Positions 35,626-44,600 of a DNA stretch of 58,952 nt are shown in pieces. The notes beneath the pieces are model-generated. The model did not search any database. It had not been told where the DNA came from and saw only the letters and a list, made by a program, of their open reading frames with translations. The stretch covers positions 1 through 58,952 of the forward strand of contig JAFGNG010000028.1 in NCBI GenBank assembly GCA_016927125.1. The letters run 5' to 3'. The stretch is from Planctomycetota bacterium. Lineage in GTDB: Bacteria; Planctomycetota; SZUA-567; JAFGNG01. The translations under genes and the position numbers were made by a program. Position 1 is the stretch's first letter; every line of letters starts with the position of its first letter.

Positions 35626-37101
35626 ATGAGAGATAACAACAATTTTAGCAGATTGTTATTTGCTTTTGTCCTGGTTTTATGCTTTATCTTCATAAGCTGC
35701 GCCTTTTTTCTCGCAGCCGCGGAACCGCCCCTGCCCTTTGGGTTGGTGGAGGAGAAAGACATCCCCAGCGGCGCCCCTGCCCTTCCTGCCGGGCTTGAGC
35801 CGGATACCGGCGGACCCTCCCTGCCCTCCGGGTTGGAGCCAGCAGCCACTAAGAAAGCTGCATCCCCCCAAGCAAAACCGGATTCAGGATTTACTTTGCC
35901 GGTTAATCTCGCCGGATTCTGGGAAACCCGCTTCGGCAGCCGTTCGCAGGAAGACCCGCACGAAAAGGAGGTTTCCATCGGTGAAACCCGCCTGCAGTTG
36001 CAGTTAGAACAGCCTGGCGAGCGGGTAACTCTCAAGCTTACTACGGATCTCCTCTACGACCCGGTGCTTGACTGCCATGCACTTGATCTTGAGACCGGGC
36101 AGGGATGGCTGGATCTCCGCGAAGCCAGCATCCTGCTGCGGGCGACCGACTTTCTGGACCTGAAGGCCGGACGCCAGATTCTCACCTGGGGCACTGGGGA
36201 TATGCTCTTCATCAACGACCTCTTCCCCAAGGACTGGAATTCCTTCTTTATTGGCCGGGATGATGAATATTTGAAAAGCCCTTCGGACGCGCTTAAAGCC
36301 TCGCTCTTTTCTGGCATCGGCAACCTGGATATCGTTTATACCCCGCGTTTCGATGCGGATCGCTTTATCGACGGGCGCCGGATCAGTTATTACAATGCTT
36401 TCCTCGGCAGACGGGCAGGCAGGGATGCCATTATCGACCCCCTCCGGCCGGACGACTGGTTTGATGATGATGAACTGGCGCTGCGCTTTTATCGTAACCT
36501 TTCCGGGTATGAAGCCGCCCTGTATTTCTATAACGGCTACTGGAAAAGCCCTGGGGGAATGGACGAAATTTCAGGCCGTGCAATCTTCCCTAAGCTCAGG
36601 GTCCTGGGCGCAAGCGTGCGCGGCCCAATTGCTAACGGCATCGGCAACCTTGAGATCGGCCATTATAATTCCCGCGATGACAGGGACGGCGACAATTTCA
36701 TGATTAATAACAGCCAGTTCCGAGTCCTTATCGGGTATGAACAGGAACTGGTGAAGGATTTTACGATAGGCATGCAATACTATGTGGAGTATATGCTTGA
36801 CCATGACTCTTACCAGGATACCCTGCCGGCCATGTCGATGGAAGCGGATGAGGTGCGGCAGGTGGTGACGCTGCGCTTAACCAGGCTGATGATGAACCAG
36901 AACCTGAAGCTATCCCTCTTCACCTATCTCTCACCCTCCGACGGCGATGCTTTCCTGCGCCCGAAAATCAATTATCAAATTGATGACCACTGGTCGGCGG
37001 AACTGGGCGGTAATATTTTCTGGGGAGAGGACGAACATACTTTTTTCGGCCAATTCGAAGATAATACCAACCTTTACTTTGCCCTGAGATTTGGATTTTA
37101 A
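35626..37101 (+). CDS. Putative outer-membrane beta-barrel protein
   Basis: Signal sequence, a Pro/Gly-rich linker, alternating amphipathic beta-strand pattern, and a C-terminal ...YFALRFGF ending in Phe (OMP sorting signature). Confidence 0.55.
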   Translation: MRDNNNFSRLLFAFVLVLCFIFISCAFFLAAAEPPLPFGLVEEKDIPSGAPALPAGLEPDTGGPSLPSGLEPAATKKAASPQAKPDSGFTLPVNLAGFWETRFGSRSQEDPHEKEVSIGETRLQLQLEQPGERVTLKLTTDLLYDPVLDCHALDLETGQGWLDLREASILLRATDFLDLKAGRQILTWGTGDMLFINDLFPKDWNSFFIGRDDEYLKSPSDALKASLFSGIGNLDIVYTPRFDADRFIDGRRISYYNAFLGRRAGRDAIIDPLRPDDWFDDDELALRFYRNLSGYEAALYFYNGYWKSPGGMDEISGRAIFPKLRVLGASVRGPIANGIGNLEIGHYNSRDDRDGDNFMINNSQFRVLIGYEQELVKDFTIGMQYYVEYMLDHDSYQDTLPAMSMEADEVRQVVTLRLTRLMMNQNLKLSLFTYLSPSDGDAFLRPKINYQIDDHWSAELGGNIFWGEDEHTFFGQFEDNTNLYFALRFGF

Positions 37102-37363
37102 CCAGACAAATTAATCTTAATTTGTTTGTCATGTTTAATTCAATAAAGATTTGCTCAACTGTTTAAACAATCATTTTTGTTGAGATCCGTAGATACCACA
37201 TGGGATGTTCTCTTGGGAGGAATTGGGGCTTAAATAGAGTATGAATCGTAAGCAAAAGCATTTGTAGAGTCATGGAAAATAAGAATCCCTCCGCAGCATT
37301 CTCTTTAGAGGTGCTCTCTTTATCGGGGGGCCCAACTATTCATCCGCTCTGCTTATAATAAAG

Positions 37364-37870
37364 TTACTTCCCGTTTTTCCTGGTGGTCGTAAAGAGGTCA
37401 TAAAGCACCGGGATCAGCACCAGGGTAAATACGCCGGAAATAAAGATCCCGCCAATTGACGCAACTCCAACGCCATTGCGCATCTCGGCGCCAATCCCTC
37501 GTCCGAAAGCCAGGGGCATCATTCCCAGTACCGCTGCCATGGTAATCATGACAATGGGACGGAAGGGTTCGCAGGTGGCGCTGATCATAGCTTTGTGGCG
37601 CGGGACACCCTCGGCAATATGTACATTGAACTGGCCCACAATCAGGATCGCGTTATTCACCACAAAGCCCGTCATGATGACAAAGCCCATAATCTCAAAG
37701 ATACCCAGGCTCAATCCGGCAAGGGCGAGGGCCCAGATCATGCCAATCAATGCGAGGGGGAGAGTAATAATCGCCAGGCTGGGTTGCTTATAGGATTCCA
37801 AAATCGCCGCCAGGGTTAAAAAGATCATGATTACCACTATAAGCAGGGCCTCGCCAAGAGCAACCTGTGC
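37364..37870 (-). pseudogene. 5'-truncated remnant of an RND permease (last ~168 codons, TM10-12 region)
   Basis: The frame is open only from 37870 (in-frame TAA at 37871-37873). The translation ...LAAILESYKQP..GFVVNNAILIV..PIVMITMAAVLGMMPLAFG..VLIPVLYDLF matches the C-terminal ~15 percent of pumps such as 13617-16715. No RND sequence lies upstream. Confidence 0.7.
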
Positions 37871-38046
37871 TTAGAAATTCCAGAAGTTTTTCAACTTCTT
37901 CTCTAATAATTTTTTCAAATCATAGCCCTTGAATTTTAGCCGCAGTAAATCTTTTTAAAATTATAAACACAACAAGCTAGTTAGGCACAAAGTTTTATAT
38001 TAAATAAACCATCCCATATAAGTTTTAACCCACAGAGAGTTTTAAA

Positions 38047-38074
38047 TTGACTATATGCGACTAGTTAATACTAT
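38047..38074 (+). promoter_or_regulatory. Candidate sigma70 promoter of the Cu/Ag-type RND operon
   Basis: TTGACT (38047-38052), 16-nt spacer, TACTAT (38069-38074), 40 nt before the ATG at 38114. Confidence 0.35.
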
Positions 38075-38113
38075 TTAACTCGGTGTTGAATAATTTTTTC
38101 CGGAGAAAAGCTG

Positions 38114-39514
38114 ATGCCGAAAAGTTGCTTTGCACTTTTTGTTATTGTTACGGGATGCCTTCTTTTCGCGGGCTGCGGCAGTGACCTGGAACGCGATGCC
38201 CGGCATGACATGCAGGCAGAGGCGCAGGTAATCAATCTCCAAGAAGGGCAATTCGGAAAGCCAGTTGCCATTAACATTCTATTGAGTGACAATCCCGATC
38301 TATCTGAATACTTGCGCTATGCCGCGATTCATAACCATGATCTCCGGGCCGCCTTTTATGAGTGGCAGGCAGCCCTGGAAAAGGTTCCCCAGGCACAGGC
38401 ACTGCCTGATCCGAAGCTAAGTTATACAAATTATATAGAAGAGGTGGAAACCCGGGTCGGCCCTCAGAAAAACCGTTATATGCTGATGCAGATGTTGCCT
38501 TGGCCGACCAAGATAACCGGCAAGTCCGACCTGGCCCTGCGCCAAGCTTTGGTTCAGCAATATGTCTATGAAACGAAAAAGCTTGCCTTGTTCTATCAAG
38601 TAAAAAAAGCATACTACGAGTACTATTACCTTCATAAATCCATCCAGGTGATTAACGAGAATATCCAGCTCCTGCAAAGTATTGATGAAAGCTTACAGAC
38701 TAAATACAAAACTGGCAGCGTGGATAATCACACACTGCTCCAAACCCAGGTAGAACTGGGTAAGCTTGAGGATCACCGGGAAAGCTTGCAGGCTTTACAG
38801 GCAGTGATGGCTTCGCGCTTGAATGCCGCCCTCGGAAGGAGTGTCGGCCTCCCCTTGCCGTGGCCCGTGGTAATTGAGAAAGCTCCTCGCAGCCTTGTAG
38901 AGGAGGAAATCCTGGCAAGCCTGTTGCAGGATAATCCCGGCTTGCAGGCTGCAAGAGAAAAAATACATGCTGCTGATGCCGGCGTAAGCTTGGCACATGC
39001 CGAATACTTCCCGGATTTTGGCCTTGGCGCGTCCGTGATTGAAACTGACCGCCGGACCGACATGGATCCTAATGACAACGGCAAAGATCCGGTGATGCTT
39101 ACCCTGGAACTCTCCCTACCGCTCTGGTGGAACAAGTACAACGCCGGGATGCGCGAGGCTGAAGCCAGGCGGAATGCCGCCCGGGAGGAGCTGGAAGCAA
39201 AGACCCTCATGCTCTCTTCAGATCTGCAGCTTGCTTTCTACAATTATCAGGACGCAAACCGCAGGCAAAAGTTCTTCCAGGACACACTAATACCTAAGGC
39301 GGAGCAGGCGCTGGCCTCGGCCCAGACCGCGTTTGCAACTGGCGAAACCAGCTTCACGGATCTGATTAATGCTGAACGCAACCTGCTTGAACTTCGCCTG
39401 ATGGTCGAACGAGCGCTGGTTGACAACCGCATTCACTTGGCAGAACTTGAAAAGCTGGCGGGGAGGAATTTACGCTTGGCTGCCGATACTGATGTTGCAA
39501 CTGAATCAGATTAG
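38114..39514 (+). CDS. TolC/CusC-family outer membrane factor lipoprotein
   Basis: 466 aa, lipobox LFAGC, OEP-type duplicated helical repeats. First gene of a three-gene RND operon. Confidence 0.85.
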   Translation: MPKSCFALFVIVTGCLLFAGCGSDLERDARHDMQAEAQVINLQEGQFGKPVAINILLSDNPDLSEYLRYAAIHNHDLRAAFYEWQAALEKVPQAQALPDPKLSYTNYIEEVETRVGPQKNRYMLMQMLPWPTKITGKSDLALRQALVQQYVYETKKLALFYQVKKAYYEYYYLHKSIQVINENIQLLQSIDESLQTKYKTGSVDNHTLLQTQVELGKLEDHRESLQALQAVMASRLNAALGRSVGLPLPWPVVIEKAPRSLVEEEILASLLQDNPGLQAAREKIHAADAGVSLAHAEYFPDFGLGASVIETDRRTDMDPNDNGKDPVMLTLELSLPLWWNKYNAGMREAEARRNAAREELEAKTLMLSSDLQLAFYNYQDANRRQKFFQDTLIPKAEQALASAQTAFATGETSFTDLINAERNLLELRLMVERALVDNRIHLAELEKLAGRNLRLAADTDVATESD

Positions 39515-39595
39515 TAAGCATTTGGATTGATTCCTATTATCCCCTCGCCTGAACATTCTCGCCCACCTCAACCTAAGGGGAAAAGGAGATCTATC

Positions 39596-41629
39596 ATGGA
39601 TTCATCAAAACCTCAGCCAAAACCCAATAGACTGCTAAAAAAAATTATCGTTGGCATCCTGCTTATTTTTCTGATCTGGATGATCACCGGCAGGCATTCA
39701 AAATCCCCTGACAATGATACTTCGCCTGTAGGGACAGAGCAAACTGCCAAAGCCACTGTCTGGACCTGTGCAATGCATCCCCAAATCCGGCAGCCAGAAC
39801 CCGGGAGGTGCCCGATCTGCGCAATGGCACTCATTCCCGCTGGCGGAGAAGAAGCCGAAGGACTCGGCCCCCGGATGATGAGCATTTCGGAAGAGTCGAT
39901 AAGACTGGCTGAAATCCAGATGCAACCGGTGGAGCGTCGATTTGTCGATCTGGAGATCCCACTGGTTGGTAAAATCGATTACGATGAAACCCGGGTTAAA
40001 ACCATCTCCTCCTGGGTGCCGGGTAGGCTGGAGCGCCTCTTTGTCGATTATACCGGCATTCCGGTCAAAGAGGGCGATCACCTCGTGGAGATTTACAGCC
40101 CGGAACTCTATAGCGGACAGGAAGAATTGTTGCAGGCAATCAAATCCCTGGAAAAACTTCAGGAGAGCAGTAGCAAGCTGGTCAAGGAATCTACTGAAAA
40201 AAACATCGCTGCCGCCCGGGAAAAATTGAAACTTCTGGGATTAAATCCGGAGCAGATCCAGGAAATTGAAACAAGCCGAACCCCGTCCGCAACGGTGGAG
40301 ATCGATGCTCCCCTTGGCGGCGTAGTGATTAAAAAAATCGCGGAACAAGGGGCGTATGTCAAAACCGGAACCCCGATCTATCAACTGGCGGATCTCTCCA
40401 CTCTCTGGGTTAAACTCAATGCCTATGAGAGCGATGTCGCGCGACTGAGATACGGCCAGGAGGTTGAAATCCTTACCGAAGCCTACGGCGACCGAATCTT
40501 TCCCGGCTGGATTTCTTTTATTGACCCGATTTTAAATCCCAAGACCCGGACGGTTGAGGTTCGGGTTGTGGTTAATAATTCTGACGGCCTGCTGAGGCCG
40601 AATATGTTCGCGAAAGCAAAGGTTAAGGTGCGCCTGGGAGAAAATGAGGAGGTCGTAACCCGTAACCTCCAGGGAAAATGGATTTCTCCAATGCATCCGG
40701 AGGTGATCAAGGATCATCCCGGCAAATGCGATGTCTGCGGGATGGATCTGGTTAAGGCCGAAGACTTAGGATATAAAGACACCAGTAAAATTCAACCCGC
40801 GCTGGTGGCGCCGGCCTCAGCCGTCCTGACCACCGGCGAGAGAGCTATTGTATATGTGCAGGTGCCGGGAAAGGAAAAACCGACATTTCAAGGTGTTGAA
40901 ATCAAGGTTGGCGCAAAAGCGGGAGATTATTATCTCGTCAACTCCGGGCTCACTGAGGGGCAAAATGTTGTCACCAACGGGAATTTTAAGATCGACTCCG
41001 CCCTGCAGTTGATGGCAAAACCCAGCATGATGGATCCGCAAGGCGAAGGCTCTGCACCCATGGAGCATGTACACCAGCAAAGCAACGCAATTCTTTCCAG
41101 GCTCCCGGAAGAGCTCTCAGTCACCCTGGAAGAACCCCAGAGGGCCGCTGGGATATCTGATATATCAGCAGCCTTCCGCCAGCAGCTCCAGCCGCTCTAT
41201 GACAACTACTTGAAATGCCAGCAAGCCCTTGCCGCTGATAACGAACAGGAGGCCAGGCAGGCGATTGAAGCGATGGTTAACGCCTTGGGCAGAATCGACA
41301 TGGAGCTGGTTAAAGGCGAGGCTCATATGCAATGGATGACGCTCTCCAGCAAACTGCGGGAGATCCTGGAACAAGCCAATAAAACCTCCGGGATTGTGGA
41401 GTTGCGCAAATACTTCATTACGTTGAGCAAACTCGTAATTAATCTGGAAAAAACCTTCGGGCACATCGGCGAACAGGCCCACAGTATCGCCTTCTGTCCC
41501 ATGGCAGACAGCAATAAGGGTGCAGAATGGCTGCAAATTGGAGATACGATTAATAATCCCTACTACGGCACGGTAATGCTGCGCTGCGGGGAAATCCGCC
41601 AGACAATTCCGGCACAGAAAACAAAGTAA
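39596..41629 (+). CDS. CusB-like RND adaptor with two Cys-rich heavy-metal-binding motifs and a DUF3347-like C-terminal domain
   Basis: Start at ATG 39596 (AAGGAG 7 nt upstream). Motifs: WTCAMHPQIRQPEPGRCPICAMAL and WISPMHPEVIKDHPGKCDVCGMDL. A membrane-fusion core lies between and after them. The helical C-terminal ~160 aa ends in ...FCPMADSNKGAEWLQ. Confidence 0.8.
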   Translation: MDSSKPQPKPNRLLKKIIVGILLIFLIWMITGRHSKSPDNDTSPVGTEQTAKATVWTCAMHPQIRQPEPGRCPICAMALIPAGGEEAEGLGPRMMSISEESIRLAEIQMQPVERRFVDLEIPLVGKIDYDETRVKTISSWVPGRLERLFVDYTGIPVKEGDHLVEIYSPELYSGQEELLQAIKSLEKLQESSSKLVKESTEKNIAAAREKLKLLGLNPEQIQEIETSRTPSATVEIDAPLGGVVIKKIAEQGAYVKTGTPIYQLADLSTLWVKLNAYESDVARLRYGQEVEILTEAYGDRIFPGWISFIDPILNPKTRTVEVRVVVNNSDGLLRPNMFAKAKVKVRLGENEEVVTRNLQGKWISPMHPEVIKDHPGKCDVCGMDLVKAEDLGYKDTSKIQPALVAPASAVLTTGERAIVYVQVPGKEKPTFQGVEIKVGAKAGDYYLVNSGLTEGQNVVTNGNFKIDSALQLMAKPSMMDPQGEGSAPMEHVHQQSNAILSRLPEELSVTLEEPQRAAGISDISAAFRQQLQPLYDNYLKCQQALAADNEQEARQAIEAMVNALGRIDMELVKGEAHMQWMTLSSKLREILEQANKTSGIVELRKYFITLSKLVINLEKTFGHIGEQAHSIAFCPMADSNKGAEWLQIGDTINNPYYGTVMLRCGEIRQTIPAQKTK

Positions 41630-41648
41630 TTATAACTCCAAGGAGAAG

Positions 41649-44600
41649 ATGATGGGGCTTCCCGAGAACAATCTATATTCTTCAGGAGATGGCTGGCTTG
41701 CCAGGATTATTGCCTTTTGTTTGCAGAATCGGCTGGTTGTCCTGCTGGCGGTGTTGGCTATGATTTGCTGGGGTTTGATTACTGCACCGTTCGACTGGAA
41801 TTTAAAATTTCTGCCGCGCGATCCGATCGCGGTGGACGCGCTCCCTGATCTCGGTGAAAACCAGCAGATTGTCTTTACTGAATGGCCGGGCCGCTCGCCT
41901 CAGGACATTGAAGACCAGATCACCTATCCCCTAACTTCTGCCCTGCTCGGTATTCCCGGGGTAAAGTCAGTCCGCAGTTCCTCGATGTTCGGCTTTTCCA
42001 ATATCTTCATCATCTTCTCGGAAGATGTAGAGTTTTACTGGTCGCGAACCAGGATTCTAGAAAAGCTTAACTCTCTACCCGCTGGAGCCCTACCGGAAGG
42101 GGTCAAACCCACCATGGGGCCTGACGCCACTCCTTTGGGGCAGGTGTTCTGGTATACCCTTGAGGGACGCGATCCGGAAGGCGCTTCTACCGGAGGCTGG
42201 GATCTGGATGAGCTCCGCAGCATCCAGGACTGGCTGGTACGCTATGAATTGATGGCAGTTCCGGGTGTAGCCGAGGTCGGCTCGATAGGCGGGTTTGTCA
42301 AGGAATACCAGGTAGATGTTGATCCGTATGCGATGATCGCCAAGGGGGTTAACCTTACCCAGGTAATAATGGCGTTAAAAAACAGCAACCTCGATACCGG
42401 CGCAAGGACTATGGAGATAAACCGGGTTGAATATGTGATTCGTGGTCTGGGGCTGGTTAAAAATATTTCTGACCTTGAAGAAGCAGTAGTCACAGAAACT
42501 GATAATATCCCCCTGCGGGTTAAGGATATTGCCCGGGTTAGCCTCGGCCCTGCCCTGCGGCGTGGCGCCCTGGATAAAAGCGGCGCAGAAGCGGTCGGCG
42601 GGGTGGTGGTTGTCCGCTATGGAGCAAACCCCCTGGAAGTGATCCAGTGGGTTAAGGACAAGATCGCTGCCTTCAGCCAAAGCCTTCCCCAAAAGACCGT
42701 ACCTGTCCGCAACAGTGACGGTTCTGTAAGGGAGGCAGTGTCACAGGTTAAGGTGGTTCCTTTCTACGATCGTACCGGCCTCATCCATGAGACCCTCGGC
42801 ACCCTCAACCGCGCGCTGGTGGAGGAGATCCTGGTAACCATCATCGTGGTGGTGGTTATGCTGATGCACTTTGGTAGCTCAATGCTGATTTCTGGTCTCC
42901 TGCCTCTTGCGGTTTTGATGTGCTTCATTGCCATGAAGATTTTCGGTGTTGACGCCAATATTGTGGCGCTCTCGGGGATTGCCATCGCAATCGGGACCAT
43001 GGTCGATATGGGCATTGTCCTCAATGAAAATATTCTTAAACACATGGAGGCAGCAGACAAAGATGCCTCTCCCATACAAACCATCTATCAGGCCACTATT
43101 GAGGTCGGGAGCGCGGTTTTGACCGCGGTTTTGACAACTGTGATCAGCTTCCTGCCCATCTTTACCATGGAAATGGCGGAAGGCAAGCTCTTCAAGCCCC
43201 TGGCTTATACCAAGACCTTCGCGCTGGTGGCATCCCTGATTGTCGCACTCACTATCATCCCCCCGGTAGCGCTGACAATTTTCCGGAAAAGGAAAAAACT
43301 AAGCAAATATGCTTTCATATTAATTGAATTACTCTTTCCTGTAGCGCTTTACACGCTTTACTTTTTAGAGAGTTGGTTACTCTTTGTAATTCTGATTCTT
43401 CTTGCGATATACCTAATTATTCAAGGATGGCTCCCTGAAAAGGTGCGCTCTATCCTGCGTCGCACCGCAAACTACCTTGCCGTTGCTGTGGTGGCAGTCT
43501 TTTTAACCAGCAGGTGGCAGCCTCTGGGAATTGAGCATGGGGTGGTTCGCAACCTAATCTTTGTGGCTGTTATCATCGGCGGATTTTTATTCCTGATCCA
43601 TTTGTTCCATAAAGGTTATCCACAGATGTTGCACTGGTGTTTGGCAAATAAGAGTAAGTTCCTGTTAATTCCCATAATCTTGGTATTATTTGGCGCGACT
43701 ATCTGGCTGGGATTTAATTCGGTCTTCAGCTTTATCCCTGCCATAGGTAATAAAATCGGAATTGGTGAGACCATCCGCCTTTCCAGCCCCTGGGCATGGG
43801 CCAGCCACAGGTTCCCCGGCTTGGGCAAGGAGTTTATGCCGGATTTTGATGAAGGCTCATTTTTATTAATGCCGACAACTATGCCGCACGCTTCAATCGG
43901 TGAGGCTATGGATGTTCTCCAGAAACAGGATATGGCGCTGAATGCCCTCCCCGAGGTCAGCCTGGCAGTAGGGAAAATTGGCAGGGTGGATAGCCCGCTC
44001 GACCCCGCCCCGGTTTCAATGATTGAAACCGTGATTAATTATCATCCCGAGTATTTGGCTGATAGTAGCGGCAAGAAGCTCGCCTTCGTGTATGCTTCCG
44101 ACCAAACCGATCTCTTTAGAAATCCTTCGGGAGACCCAGTAATGGCTCCTGATGGCGAACCTTATACAGTATTAGGTAAGTTTTCCCGGGATGAATCCGG
44201 CGTGTTAATTCCAGATCCTGGAGGGAGTCCCTTCCGGATATGGCGCCCGGTTCTCGACCCGCAGATAAATCCTGGCCGAGAGGAATGGGCCGGAATTAAT
44301 AGTCCGGATGATATCTGGGAGGAAATCCTGCGGGTAACGGAAATCTCCGGCACTACCTCCGCGCCGAAACTGCAGCCGATTGCCGCGCGGCAGGTGATGC
44401 TCCAAAGCGGTATGCGCGCCCCTATGGGGATCAAAATCCTGGGCAAGGGGCAAGCTTCTCTGGAGGATCTCGAAGCGGTTGGATTGGAGTTGGAAAAGTA
44501 TTTACAACAGGTTCCATCAATAAAAGCGAATACTGTCAACGCGGAGCGGGTTGTGGGTAAGCCTTACCTGGAGATCAAAATCGACCGCCTGGCGATTCAG

